DNA of 63,847 nucleotides, the filler included. It is 5 parts of 5 records of this genome, joined end to end, with 100 filler letters (N's around TTAATTAATTAA, not from the genome) between each part and the next. Parts side by side here need not be neighbours in the genome. Positions count along the whole stretch, not along the records: positions 44,875 to 58,217 come from SRR22947725_6411; positions 58,318 to 63,847 come from SRR22947725_6426; 3 more parts are not named here. One strand, written 5' to 3'. Shown here in pieces: positions 49,674 to 60,247 of this stretch (the stretch's first letter is position 1; each line of letters starts with the position of its first letter). A program made the translations under genes and the position numbers. Below the pieces are notes generated by a model that was given only the letters and a program-made list of their open reading frames with translations, was not told where the DNA came from and searched no databases.

Positions 49674-50642
49674 CTATCCTGTCTTCATCGCGATTTGTTT
49701 CCAAATCGAGGTTTCATCATATAAAGTATATTCACGGCGAATTCCCCATGGGCCAAATTCAACATGACTTGCTCCCATAACATGAACTTCTGCCCCAGTG
49801 GGTTTGCCAAAAGCGCCCCAACCTTCATGCTTTCCAGTCAAGCTCCATCGAATTGCAGATCTTGGAGACATCATTGGATCTTCTCGACCAATTTGATGGT
49901 CAATTGAAAATACAGACGTTGGAAATGCTGCACGTAACTTAGTCCAGAAATTATCGACACCATCTGTAGAATATAGTTCAACCCCTCCAGGATAGAATCC
50001 TGTAACTGCACGATCATATTCAGAAGGGATAACACTCAAATCAGCATTCATAATTTTATTTAAAATATCTGCATATTTAGAGCCCCATTTATTATCATTT
50101 CCATGGCCAGTATATGGCCCAACTTTATCAATTGATGGATGAAATGGTTTAATGCATTTTTCTGGGCCGCCTTCTCGAGCAATAAGATCTAAAGCATATT
50201 CTTTTGGATCCCAACCTAATTGGCGCACAACAGCTCCCTGATCTCTAATTAACCATTCATCATTAATTTGATTATTTATGGCATGACAATCAGCTATAAC
50301 CCTATATCGCAGCTTTTTTCCTGTTGCTTTTCCATATACTCCATCACCAAGATGCGTTGCAGTTGTTAAGATACGATGAGAGGATAACATTCCTTCTTCA
50401 GGCGTACCTGACCAAATAACATCTTCGCCCAAAAGCCTGCGATCAGGGAATTCAGCAAGTGTTGACATAGTTGCGCCAATAACGCCTTCATTACCAAACA
50501 CAATTGATCCAGGTGATCTAACTGGAATATCTTTAGAATAATAATGATTAAGTGTAGCCAAACCTCTATCTTCCCAAATCTCTTTTGTAATTCCTAAAAT
50601 ATAATCAGGGAAATTTTTAAACTGGTCTGAGAAACCTTTCAT
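49674..50642 (-). CDS. Tandem SnoaL/ester-cyclase (NTF2-like) protein
   Basis: EIWEDR, LAEFPD, ATHLGDG.YG.ATGK, EWL.RD; second half LRAAFP, W...G.H.G...FG.PTG. Confidence 0.78.
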   Translation of the reverse strand: MKGFSDQFKNFPDYILGITKEIWEDRGLATLNHYYSKDIPVRSPGSIVFGNEGVIGATMSTLAEFPDRRLLGEDVIWSGTPEEGMLSSHRILTTATHLGDGVYGKATGKKLRYRVIADCHAINNQINDEWLIRDQGAVVRQLGWDPKEYALDLIAREGGPEKCIKPFHPSIDKVGPYTGHGNDNKWGSKYADILNKIMNADLSVIPSEYDRAVTGFYPGGVELYSTDGVDNFWTKLRAAFPTSVFSIDHQIGREDPMMSPRSAIRWSLTGKHEGWGAFGKPTGAEVHVMGASHVEFGPWGIRREYTLYDETSIWKQIAMKTG

Positions 50643-51658
50643 GAGGTCCATCCTTTCGGTACTTTTGCAGAACTGCGAATAATCAAAGGGCTTTCAACCT
50701 TTATATGTCTTGGCTCTAGTGATGGGTTAGTAATTTTATCCAACATAAGAGAAACTGTTTCTTCAACCATAATATTTGAACGTTGGCGCATTGTAGTAAG
50801 ATCATATGCAGCCAATGCAGCAGGCGGCACATCGTCGTAACCAATAACACTTACATCATCAGGAATTTTCAAGTTTAGTTCATTGCGCAATACATCCATT
50901 ACAGCAAATGCCATGGAATCTTGCACAACAAAAACAGCGTCAGGATAATTTGGTTTGTTAAACATTTCTCTGGCAACTTCTTTTGCACGCTCCACAGTAA
51001 AATCGCCTAATGCATGTGCAGCTAATTGTTGATTTTCTTCCTTCAATCCCTCACGAAAACCCGCCTCACGATCTCGATGTGTTGATGCACCTTCCCAACC
51101 ACCAATATAAGCAATTTTTTTGTGACCAGCAGCTAGTAGAAATTTGGATACAGTTTTACCACCCTCAAAATTGTCAGATGTAACTGCTGAATGCTCTTTT
51201 GACTCTTGCGCTCTGTTAAAGAGCACAACTGGAACTCCTGCAGCTTCACAGCGCGCTGTAAGATCACTGGATATACTAACACTAGCAGCAATTATTCCAT
51301 CTACCTGATAATCTAACAATCCATCAATAACGTGGTCAGTTGATTCACTATCATTTGATGCCATAAAAATCAAAACATGATAACCAAGAGCTTGCAAAGC
51401 ATTTGAAATTTTTTCTAATGCTACAGGATAAAAATAATTGTCCAAATAAGCTACAACAAGGCCAATAATTCTACTTTTTCCAGTAATCAATGAACGTGCT
51501 AATATATTTGGTCGATAGCCAAGTTCAATAGCGGCAGCGCGAACCTTCAGCATAGTCTTTGAACTAGCGGAGGCGCCAGGTGTAAACACCCTGCTTACAG
51601 CTGATTGGCTTACGCCAGCTAACTTAGCTACTTCAAGAGAGGTGACTCTATCTACCAT
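50639..51658 (-). CDS. LacI family transcriptional regulator
   Basis: VTSLEVAKLAGVSQSAVSRVF, LGYRPN..ARSL, SDNF.GG, IP.DVSVIGYDD; TGATG overlap at 51658. Confidence 0.95.
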   Translation of the reverse strand: MVDRVTSLEVAKLAGVSQSAVSRVFTPGASASSKTMLKVRAAAIELGYRPNILARSLITGKSRIIGLVVAYLDNYFYPVALEKISNALQALGYHVLIFMASNDSESTDHVIDGLLDYQVDGIIAASVSISSDLTARCEAAGVPVVLFNRAQESKEHSAVTSDNFEGGKTVSKFLLAAGHKKIAYIGGWEGASTHRDREAGFREGLKEENQQLAAHALGDFTVERAKEVAREMFNKPNYPDAVFVVQDSMAFAVMDVLRNELNLKIPDDVSVIGYDDVPPAALAAYDLTTMRQRSNIMVEETVSLMLDKITNPSLEPRHIKVESPLIIRSSAKVPKGWTS

Positions 51659-52416
51659 CAGCCTGCAGTCCAACCTCCATCAACAATCAAATGAGTTCCA
51701 GTAACCAATGATGATGCATCAGAAGCCAGATAAACAGCAGCACCCATTATATCTTCCACCTCACCTATGCGCCCAAGTTTGATTTTTTGCTTTATTAGAT
51801 TAGCTCTTTCCACATTATCAAAAGTTTCTTTTGTTAGGGGTGTTCGGATAAATGTTGGGCAAATAGTGTTAATACGGATATCAAATGGGCCCCATTCAAT
51901 TGACATGCTTTTAACCATACCTTCAATTGCATGCTTTGAGGCAGAATAAACCGTTCTATCAGTACCTCCAACATGACCCATTTGTGATGATATATGTATG
52001 ATTGAACCACTTATTCTAGCAGTCTTCATGGCTTTTGCCGCATACACTGATAAAAAATATGCTGATTTTAAATTTAAGTCGATTACAGCATCAAAATCTT
52101 CAGGCAATGTATCAAATGCTGGATTATGCCTTGCCATACCAGCAGAATTTATAACCACATCAAAAGGATCTAACATAAGCTTCTCTAAAGCATTCAAATT
52201 TGTTTGATCTAAAGCTAATGCCTCTGCATCAAAGCCTCTGGCATTTATTGATGAAACTGTTTTATTTAGAAGATCTATTCCACGTGATACACAAATTACT
52301 TTTGCTCCAGACTGTGCCATTGCAACTGCACAAGCTTGGCCAATTCCAGAAGATGCACCCGTAACCAATGCACGTTTTCCTTTTAATGAAAATGAGGGCA
52401 ATGAGGGTAAAATCAT
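51658..52416 (-). CDS. Classical SDR oxidoreductase
   Basis: TGASSGIG, NSAG, SSQ, YSASK, ICPTFI.T, VTG....VDGG. Confidence 0.92.
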   Translation of the reverse strand: MILPSLPSFSLKGKRALVTGASSGIGQACAVAMAQSGAKVICVSRGIDLLNKTVSSINARGFDAEALALDQTNLNALEKLMLDPFDVVINSAGMARHNPAFDTLPEDFDAVIDLNLKSAYFLSVYAAKAMKTARISGSIIHISSQMGHVGGTDRTVYSASKHAIEGMVKSMSIEWGPFDIRINTICPTFIRTPLTKETFDNVERANLIKQKIKLGRIGEVEDIMGAAVYLASDASSLVTGTHLIVDGGWTAG

Positions 52417-53465
52417 TTACTTGCTCCAATTGGGTAAGAAACATTTACTGGAACACGTGCCTTGTTAAATTCTCGCAAACGCGCAAACACGTCAACGCCT
52501 AATTGATAATAGACATCAAGCAAATCAACCAGCACCCAGTTTTCACGGATTAAGTCACCTTCCACCCTCCAAAAATCTAAACTTCTCATCGTAATTTCTT
52601 GACCTGATGGGGCAATACCCAGCCAACCATCTCCTGTAACAGTCATTTGCATATTGGGCCATCCAGTAGCTACAACATAAGGCCCGTCCCCAAAAAAATC
52701 ACATGTTAAATCACCAGTCGTGCCACCTTTGCGGTCAGGCAAAGCATTGAGAAATGGAATTTGATGCCAATTCCTAAAGCCTTCTAAACCTCGCATTGAA
52801 CCAATACCTGCAGGTCCATACCAATTGAAAGATGGATGCCAGTATTTCTCAGATTGCATTATTTCAGGGCCACCTTCAGAAGGGTGCCGAGATAAATTAG
52901 TTAACATTCCGATTACTACATCTAAACTATTTGCAGATTGATTGAGCGTTCGATTTACAGAAATTAACCCATCTTGGCTGGCAGGCCCAGGTATAAACAA
53001 TTCACGTCCCAAACTTGGTGACATTGGCCAAGCACCTGCTTGCATCATAAGTTCTGGGATATCCCATATTGATTGAACCTCCACAATTTTGTCATCAACA
53101 AAACAATAAAACTCATGGAAACGCATGTGAACTAAATGTCCTGTTGGCGGTATGTCCAAAAATGGTGAGACAAATGTGCCAACATACGAACCACAACAAC
53201 CTACCCAATATTTATTACCAGCTGTTTGTCCACTGACAAGGATTGTATCTCTGCGCTCAATATCTGGAATTGCCTCTACCAAAGGAGCATAACAATTGTT
53301 ATAAAATTCACTCTTTAAAACATCACCAAACGGATGACATATGTGAATTTTTACATCTATTGAAAATGTTTTTTCAATAAAAGATCGCACAGCCAATTCA
53401 TCAAAATCATACATTGCAGTTAAAAACGGCTTTATAATTTCCTGATTTTTCTGCGCGATATTCAT
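52413..53465 (-). CDS. Tandem SnoaL/ester-cyclase (NTF2-like) protein
   Basis: FLDIPPTG...MRFHEFY; WYGPAGIG, WLGIAPSG..ITMRSLDFWRVEG..I.ENWVLVD. Confidence 0.8.
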   Translation of the reverse strand: MNIAQKNQEIIKPFLTAMYDFDELAVRSFIEKTFSIDVKIHICHPFGDVLKSEFYNNCYAPLVEAIPDIERRDTILVSGQTAGNKYWVGCCGSYVGTFVSPFLDIPPTGHLVHMRFHEFYCFVDDKIVEVQSIWDIPELMMQAGAWPMSPSLGRELFIPGPASQDGLISVNRTLNQSANSLDVVIGMLTNLSRHPSEGGPEIMQSEKYWHPSFNWYGPAGIGSMRGLEGFRNWHQIPFLNALPDRKGGTTGDLTCDFFGDGPYVVATGWPNMQMTVTGDGWLGIAPSGQEITMRSLDFWRVEGDLIRENWVLVDLLDVYYQLGVDVFARLREFNKARVPVNVSYPIGASK

Positions 53466-54794
53466 TTATTTTTCTACTTCACGAAAAGCAGCACCTTCAC
53501 CATATGGAACGTTTATGCCTCCATACCTTCGCACTCGAATATTACATTGTTCCGCATGCCCTACAAATCCTTCTAACATGCACAATCTACTCCCATATTC
53601 ACCTACAAGTGTTGCAGCTTCATCAGTTAATATTTTTTGATATGAATGCGTTTTTAAAAACTTACCAACCCATAATCCACCAGTGTATCTGCCTGCTTTT
53701 TTTGTAGGTAAAGTATGATTTGTACCAATTACTTTATCACCATTTGAAACATTAGTTCGAGCCCCCAAGAACAATGCTCCATAACAAGTCATTTTTTCTA
53801 AAAACCAATCATCTCGGTCAGTCATAACCTGTACATGCTCTGAAGCTATTTCGTTGGCAACTATTAACATCTCTTCATAAGTGTCACACAAAATAACTTC
53901 ACCATAATCAGCCCAGCTTACAGAAGCAGTTTCTGCAGTTGGTAATATCTTAAGCAATCTATCAATTTCATTAAGTGTATCTTCAGCTAATTTGCGAGAA
54001 TTAGTTAACAAAACTGCTGGACTATTATACCCATGCTCAGCTTGACCCAATAAATCTGTCGCACATAATTCTCCATCAACAGTCTCATCAGCAATAACCA
54101 TAGTTTCTGTAGGCCCAGCGAATAGATCAATTCCTACACGACCAAAAAGTTGCCTTTTAGCTTCTGCTACAAATGCATTTCCAGGACCAACAAGCATATG
54201 GACAGGTTCTATACTTTCAGTGCCAATGGCCATTGCTCCAACTGCTTGAATTCCCCCCATTACATAAATTTCATGCGCACCACCTAGATGCATTGCAGCA
54301 ATGACCGCTGCATTAGGCTTACCTTCAAAAGGTGGAGTACAGGCAATAATTCTAGGAACTCCAGCAACTGTTGCAGTAGCAATCGACATATGGGCTGAAG
54401 CAACCATAGGGAACTTCCCCCCAGGCACATAACAGCCAACAGATTGTACAGGAATATTTTTATGTCCTAAAATAACACCAGGGATTGTTTCAATTTCAAT
54501 ATCAAGCATGCTATCTCTTTGTGCCTTGGCAAAATTTCGAACCTGTTCTTGGGCAAACTTAATATCTGAAAGTTCACGATCTGATAAGGAAGCTATCAAA
54601 TCAGATATTTCTTTTTCTGTAAGCTTAAAGTTTTCAGGCGAGTAGTTATCAAACTTTGCAGAAAGTTCACGTACTGCAGTGTCACCATCAATTTCAATAT
54701 TTTTTAATATTTCTTCAACAATAACTTTTGTTTTAGCATCGTCCTCAGCTCTTTCTGCATCTGGCTTACCGCTTTTAAGATATTCTATAGTCAT
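53466..54794 (-). CDS. Histidinol dehydrogenase homologue (HpsN-like paralogue, substrate unknown)
   Basis: GCYVPGG, GGIQA, VGPGN.FV.EAK, ID..AGPTE, QAEH, SEH, GDK..GTNH.LPT, EG..GH. Confidence 0.88.
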   Translation of the reverse strand: MTIEYLKSGKPDAERAEDDAKTKVIVEEILKNIEIDGDTAVRELSAKFDNYSPENFKLTEKEISDLIASLSDRELSDIKFAQEQVRNFAKAQRDSMLDIEIETIPGVILGHKNIPVQSVGCYVPGGKFPMVASAHMSIATATVAGVPRIIACTPPFEGKPNAAVIAAMHLGGAHEIYVMGGIQAVGAMAIGTESIEPVHMLVGPGNAFVAEAKRQLFGRVGIDLFAGPTETMVIADETVDGELCATDLLGQAEHGYNSPAVLLTNSRKLAEDTLNEIDRLLKILPTAETASVSWADYGEVILCDTYEEMLIVANEIASEHVQVMTDRDDWFLEKMTCYGALFLGARTNVSNGDKVIGTNHTLPTKKAGRYTGGLWVGKFLKTHSYQKILTDEAATLVGEYGSRLCMLEGFVGHAEQCNIRVRRYGGINVPYGEGAAFREVEK

Positions 54795-55327
54795 TAATTA
54801 CTCCCAATTTCAGGTGGGGTTTTCGTACCATGATCAAAAGCCTCCCAGCCATGTCCGTTAAAAACATCAATGCCTAATTGTGCAAGGACGTGAGGAAAAT
54901 CAACCATTACCCAATTATCTGTAATTTTCCCATTTTCTACTTTCCAGAAATCCATATATCGGATTTGGATTTTTTTTCTTGTGGCTTCAACACCCATAAA
55001 AAGGCCTGAATGAATTGCTTCTTGGCGGCCAAATGCAGCAGCCCATTCACCCATATATAGTCGTGCTTCATCTATACAAACTTTTTCAGAAAATGCCGCT
55101 TGAAATGGTTTCTGCCAGTTTTCTTGAAATTCTTTTATTCCATTTTTCGTTCCACATCCGGCATTACCCATCCAGCTAAAGCCTTGGCTAAAAAATTCTC
55201 CAATATCAGCTATACGGTGATCATTTAGTCCATCCACCATATTTTCAATTACCACACGAGTTTCCTCAGTTTTGGACATATCTGTATTTTGAGTTAACTC
55301 TGCTTGTTTTGGTCGTAACCCACTCAT
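54794..55327 (-). CDS. SnoaL/ester-cyclase family protein
   Basis: FQAAF, H.G.FMG..AT.K....[21 protein letters not shown]. Confidence 0.82.
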   Translation of the reverse strand: MSGLRPKQAELTQNTDMSKTEETRVVIENMVDGLNDHRIADIGEFFSQGFSWMGNAGCGTKNGIKEFQENWQKPFQAAFSEKVCIDEARLYMGEWAAAFGRQEAIHSGLFMGVEATRKKIQIRYMDFWKVENGKITDNWVMVDFPHVLAQLGIDVFNGHGWEAFDHGTKTPPEIGSN

Positions 55328-56208
55328 CCTTTTACAGCTCCCGCAGTTAAGCCACTTACAATTTGGCGTTGAAAAAATAAAATTAAAATAAATAATGGAG
55401 CCGTCGCTGATACCACTGCAGCAACAGCAAACATTACATTACCCTCTGTTTGTGTTGTTCCTAAAAAACTTGCAATCTTTGGAACCATTGTTTGATTAGC
55501 TTGGCTTAATAATGTGGCTGTTACAGTAAAATCATTATAAGCTAGAAGAAACGAGAATAAGCCTGTTGTTACGACTCCGGGCCACATTACAGGAATAATT
55601 ACGTGGCGAAATGCCTGAAAGCGAGTACACCCATCTACCATAGCGCTTTCATCTAAGTCTTTTGGTATATTAAGAAAAAAACTATGTAACATCCATAATG
55701 TAAAAGGTTGATTTATTGCTACCATAACAATTATTGCAGTAGGAATATGCCCCCAAAGATTCCATTCAAAAAATGGAAGCAAATACCCTGAAACCAAAGT
55801 TATGTGAGGCATTGCTCTAAAGACTAATGCTAACATTAATAGATAAAATGCATATCTTTTTCCTGATCTCGCCAATGCATATCCACCTAAAGTACCAAGC
55901 GTAAGTGAAATAATAACTACAGAAAATACAATAATTCCTGTGTTAATTGCAGCTAACCAAAAACTTTTTGCAATCCACGCACCGAAATAACCACTCCCTG
56001 TGAAAGCACCACCAGTTTCGACTTGTGTTCGAACTCCAGTAATAGCGTTTGTCCAATCCGCTTTTGAGAAAAAGTCGCCTTGGACCTTAAAAGAACCCCA
56101 AAGCGTCCAGAAAAAAGGAAAGCTTGCTGCAATAATCCAAACTAAAACAAACCCCCATATTATCATATTTAAAACTGGCGAACGTCGCTGAGCTAAACTA
56201 GGCATCAC
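55324..56208 (-). CDS. Carbohydrate ABC transporter permease (CUT1, MalG-like)
   Basis: [41 protein letters not shown]. Confidence 0.93.
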   Translation of the reverse strand: MMPSLAQRRSPVLNMIIWGFVLVWIIAASFPFFWTLWGSFKVQGDFFSKADWTNAITGVRTQVETGGAFTGSGYFGAWIAKSFWLAAINTGIIVFSVVIISLTLGTLGGYALARSGKRYAFYLLMLALVFRAMPHITLVSGYLLPFFEWNLWGHIPTAIIVMVAINQPFTLWMLHSFFLNIPKDLDESAMVDGCTRFQAFRHVIIPVMWPGVVTTGLFSFLLAYNDFTVTATLLSQANQTMVPKIASFLGTTQTEGNVMFAVAAVVSATAPLFILILFFQRQIVSGLTAGAVKG

Positions 56209-57236
56209 ACAACCTTCCTATTAAATTCTCGCCATGTCCGAATTAGAACTGGTATTAATAACACACTTACACCAATAATAGTTAGAACTGATGTTGCTCC
56301 TGCGGATCCAAAAAACTGATCTTCGTTATTAGAAATATCATTATAAATAATCCATGAAAGTGAAGTTGCATTTGCTTGAGCAGAAAAGCCTACTATTGGC
56401 TCAAATACTCGAAAATTATCCATTAACTGGATTAATAAAATAAATATAGTCAGTGGCATTAAGTGAGGAAGAACTACATATTTTGTGCGCTCCCAGCGTG
56501 ATGCACCATCTATCATTGCTGCTTCAATAGTATCACTAGGAACAGTCTGTAGCCCTGCATAAAATACTATGAAAGCAAATGGAGATGAATGCCATACGCC
56601 ATAGACCATAAGCATTATCCAAGTAAGCAATGGTGATGCTTTTAAAGACAGATTTGGATCATCAAAAATTTCTTGCAGAATTGAACCAATAATTCCTTGT
56701 GCATCAATCATCCAAAATAAAATTAAAGAACCAATGAGTGGTGTAACAATCATTGGTAGTAATGAAATAAAAATAGTTGGACCTTTCATAACCTTAGGCA
56801 AACTATTTACACCTAGTGCAATTAAAAAACCAAAAAATAAGACAAAAGGTGTGACTATAAATGTATATGTTAGAGTAAAAGCTAAAGCTCGGTAGAATGG
56901 TAAATTTAGGCTCATTGATATAAAACTTATAAAGCCTTCACTTTCAATCCAAGCCTGTTGAATTTCTTTAAATGCTAAGTGGTTTCGGTTTGTGTATGTC
57001 CCAAATCCATTAAACTTTCCAAGCGGGTTTTCTAATTTTAGTTTTTTTGTTTCTTCGACATCTATAACTAATTCTTTCTTACAACCAAAAGGTCCACAGT
57101 TTTCAACTTCATTCAAAACTGCTTCATGCTCAATATGGAGTGATTGCACGACTACTGAAACAATAGGTAACGCAATAAATAACAACATTGTTATTAAAGA
57201 AGGTAATATAAACCAAAAAAAAGTACGGTTTTTCAT
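56205..57236 (-). CDS. Carbohydrate ABC transporter permease (CUT1, MalF-like)
   Basis: W...PF....YAGLQ.VP....EAA.IDGASRW, MD.FR.F. Confidence 0.93.
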   Translation of the reverse strand: MKNRTFFWFILPSLITMLLFIALPIVSVVVQSLHIEHEAVLNEVENCGPFGCKKELVIDVEETKKLKLENPLGKFNGFGTYTNRNHLAFKEIQQAWIESEGFISFISMSLNLPFYRALAFTLTYTFIVTPFVLFFGFLIALGVNSLPKVMKGPTIFISLLPMIVTPLIGSLILFWMIDAQGIIGSILQEIFDDPNLSLKASPLLTWIMLMVYGVWHSSPFAFIVFYAGLQTVPSDTIEAAMIDGASRWERTKYVVLPHLMPLTIFILLIQLMDNFRVFEPIVGFSAQANATSLSWIIYNDISNNEDQFFGSAGATSVLTIIGVSVLLIPVLIRTWREFNRKVV

Positions 57237-57257
57237 CTTGATCGCCAGAAATAATTT

Positions 57258-57287
57258 AAAATAGGAGGAAGCATTACACTTCCTCCT
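57258..57287 (-). terminator. Stem-loop after the binding-protein gene (partial terminator or mRNA-stabilising hairpin)
   Basis: Perfect 9-bp stem AGGAGGAAG/CTTCCTCCT with 7-nt loop, followed on the minus strand by ATTTT. Confidence 0.6.
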
Positions 57288-57293
57288 GTGAGT

Positions 57294-58217
57294 TTATTTT
57301 AAGAAACCTTTTTCTTTAGCAGCAGTAGTATAAGCAGCTTCAACATCTGCTAAAGCTTGCTCTGCACTCTCAGTACCTTGTAAGAAATCAGAAATTTCTC
57401 CACCTAGCGCACCATGTAAAGTTCCCATAAATGGCAACATTGGATAAGGTGCAGCACCATTAGCAGCAGTTTCAGAAACTCCAGCAGATGCAGGACTTGG
57501 CTTATAACCTTCAACTAACCATACAGCCGCATCATTATTTGCTTTAACCATGTCGGATGAAATTCCGTTCATTAAAGCAATAAATGTTGCCTCTGCATCT
57601 TCGTCAGATACATTTGTGGAAATACCTATGCCATCCCACCAAAGTGTAGATGCAGGTCTTGCACCATTGCCCCACAATGGAGCAGACGAAAGAACAGTAT
57701 TTGAAGATACACCATCTACTGAACCTTCTCCGTCAAGTACCGCGCTTCCTCTAGAGCCCCACATTGTTGCTAATGCTAAGTTTCCAGCTTCCCATTCTGC
57801 TTGAGTAGCGTTTGAATCATAAGTTAAAAAATCTGGATTTGAATAAGCAACAAGAGATTTAAGCATATTAAGAGTTGCAACACCATGATCATTATTTATG
57901 GATACTTCAGCGGTTCCAGATTTAAATAAATCTGCACCTGTTCCCATGTACATATTCACAAATTCTTCACCTAAATTCCAACCTGCTTTAGTGTTTAAAG
58001 CAACAGGATATTCTAACAGTCCAGCACTTCGGATTGCATCAGCTGCAGAAATAACTTCTTCATAGGTTCCAGGTATATTGCTTACACCAGCTTTTTCCAA
58101 CATATCAGTTCTAGTAAATAAATGTTGGGCATTAGCCATAAATGCAACAGCCATAACTTTGCCATTTACCGTAATTAATTGGCTTTTATTTAATCCAGAG
58201 CCATGCTTTGCTACCAA
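57294..58217 (-). CDS. Carbohydrate ABC transporter substrate-binding protein, 5' truncated
   Basis: Open from the contig edge; P.TYEE...AA, C-terminal S.EQAL.D helix; upstream of two CUT1 permeases. Confidence 0.85.
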   Translation of the reverse strand: MVAKHGSGLNKSQLITVNGKVMAVAFMANAQHLFTRTDMLEKAGVSNIPGTYEEVISAADAIRSAGLLEYPVALNTKAGWNLGEEFVNMYMGTGADLFKSGTAEVSINNDHGVATLNMLKSLVAYSNPDFLTYDSNATQAEWEAGNLALATMWGSRGSAVLDGEGSVDGVSSNTVLSSAPLWGNGARPASTLWWDGIGISTNVSDEDAEATFIALMNGISSDMVKANNDAAVWLVEGYKPSPASAGVSETAANGAAPYPMLPFMGTLHGALGGEISDFLQGTESAEQALADVEAAYTTAAKEKGFLK

Positions 58218-58317
58218 NNNNNNNNNNNNNNNNNNNNNNNNNNNNNNNNNNNNNNNNNNNNTTAATTAATTAANNNNNNNNNNNNNNNNNNNNNNNNNNN
58301 NNNNNNNNNNNNNNNNN
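58218..58317. other. Artificial contig linker
   Basis: 44 N + TTAATTAATTAA + 44 N. Confidence 0.98.
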
Positions 58318-58524
58318 TGGTGCCAAACAACTAGACCAAGTATCAATACCAATTTCTTCTTTTAACTCACGTATAAGCGCAATCTCTGGCGTTTCCATTG
58401 CTTCAACCTTACCACCTGGAAATTCCCACAAACCCTCCATAGATTTACCTTTGGGTCTTTTTGCTAATAACACTCGCCCATCGCGGTCAATAAGTGCAAC
58501 CGCTGATACTAATACCATTTTCAT
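58318..58524 (-). CDS. mutT: 8-oxo-dGTP diphosphatase, truncated by contig end
   Basis: [25 protein letters not shown] Nudix box; follows argJ as in Alphaproteobacteria. Confidence 0.88.
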
Positions 58525-59828
58525 GATCTATAATCTGCGTTTATTGCAACATATTGATGAGTCAGATCACACGTCCAAACTGTAGAACTTCCATTGCCAA
58601 CACCTAAATCTACTGTAATTTTTAAATCTTCATTTTTCATATAATTTTGCCCTAAACTCTCATTATAGCTTGGAGCAACCCAGCCATTTTCTGCAACTAA
58701 AATGTTACCAAACCAGATAGAAATTTTATCTCGATCTGCGGGTTCTCCTGATTTTCCGACTCCCATTACAACCCTTCCCCAATTAGGGTCTTCTCCCGCA
58801 AGTGCTGTTTTAATGAGTGGCGAGTTTGCAATGGCAAGGCCAACAGTTTTTGCTGATGAATCAGATACAGCGCCATTAATCAATATCTCTAAAAATTTTG
58901 ATGCTCCCTCTCCATCTCGAACCACCTGTTTTGATAAATTAGACATTATAGCATGTAACTCATCAGTAAATTTCAACGCTTCAGCGCTAAACTCATCTGT
59001 AATTTTTTTACAATCTGATTGCCCTGTTGCAACAATTATCAAGCTATCAGATGTTGATGTATCACTATCTACTGTAATAGAATTGAAAGTTTTTTCGTTA
59101 ATTTTGGTTAAAATATTTTGCAGTATATTTTTTTCAATTGATACGTCTGTAAAAATATAAACTAACATAGTAGCCATATCTGGTGAGATCATTCCTGAAC
59201 CTTTTGCAAAGCCAGCAATGTTTACAGGGCACCCACTTATTAAAAACGAACTACCTGCTCCCTTTGGAAAAGTATCTGTTGTCATTATTGCTCGAGCAGC
59301 AGATTCGGCAGAATTTTTATTTAAATTAAATTTTAATTCTTGAATTTTTTTTATAATCTTTTCATGAAGTAGTTTTTCACCAATGACACCCGTTGAGGAT
59401 GTAAATATAGAATTAGTTGGGATTTTTAATTCATTAGATATAGCTTCACAAATCTTTGATACGGATTTTTCACCATATGAACCTGTAAATGCATTAGAAT
59501 TACCTGAATTAACTAATATTGCTATTGGAGAGTTACTTGAATTAATTTTTAGTTTTTTTTGGCAATCTAATACACTTGCAGATCTTGTACTTGAACGTGT
59601 AAATACACCTCCAATAGAACTCCCCTGTATGCATTCTATTAGCATGACATCATCACGGTCTGAGTATTTAATATTTGCTGCTGTTGAAGCGTAGCGAACA
59701 CCTTTAATAACTGGTAGTTTTGGAAACCCATCCTTTGGTGCTAATGGGGAAATCTTTTTTATATGATACTTAGCTTTTAGGCCCTTAAGCTCTGCTTCTA
59801 ATTGATCAATTGTTTTATTATTTTTCAA
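58521..59828 (-). CDS. argJ: Glutamate N-acetyltransferase/amino-acid acetyltransferase
   Basis: ISPLAP, NSGNSNA, STGVIG, IMTTDT, KGSGMI.PDMATML, DTSTSD, RDGEGA, DPNWGR, YRS; AAGGA SD before TTG 59828. Confidence 0.96.
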   Translation of the reverse strand: MKNNKTIDQLEAELKGLKAKYHIKKISPLAPKDGFPKLPVIKGVRYASTAANIKYSDRDDVMLIECIQGSSIGGVFTRSSTRSASVLDCQKKLKINSSNSPIAILVNSGNSNAFTGSYGEKSVSKICEAISNELKIPTNSIFTSSTGVIGEKLLHEKIIKKIQELKFNLNKNSAESAARAIMTTDTFPKGAGSSFLISGCPVNIAGFAKGSGMISPDMATMLVYIFTDVSIEKNILQNILTKINEKTFNSITVDSDTSTSDSLIIVATGQSDCKKITDEFSAEALKFTDELHAIMSNLSKQVVRDGEGASKFLEILINGAVSDSSAKTVGLAIANSPLIKTALAGEDPNWGRVVMGVGKSGEPADRDKISIWFGNILVAENGWVAPSYNESLGQNYMKNEDLKITVDLGVGNGSSTVWTCDLTHQYVAINADYRS

Positions 59829-60247
59829 AATTTAATCCTTAATTCAAAAATTCAATATAAAAAATTTCTTTAAAGTTAAATGGTGGTTTAAAGATATCTA
59901 TTTTATTTATTTTTTGAAATCTATTAATTTTTTTCCTTAATTTTGATTTCTACCAAATCATTATTTTATGGCGTTTATACAAAAATAATATTTTCTTGAT
60001 AAAAATCATAAAGTCTCTTCACTTATACTAATCTTTTATAGTGTAATCTTATACCTTTTGCTAAGGTGACGTTGACAGTACTGAAACACCTGCTTACATG
60101 TTTTTTCTGACGTTTTTGTAAGGAATCTATTTCTTTATGATCTTATTAAGTGGCTTTATATAGCCCTACAAGAGCAATGAAGAGAAAATGGTTTTAATAT
60201 CACATCAGTTTGTCATTAAATTTTGGCACCAGTAAGGAATGTAAGTA

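Noticed and set aside
53466-54794. Gene symbol hisD or hpsN
   Set aside because: GDK/AGPTE motifs and the absence of his genes argue against HisD. The sequence around [12 protein letters not shown], the ABC transporter and the lack of an HpsP-like gene differ from hps loci as I recall them; a phylogeny is needed.
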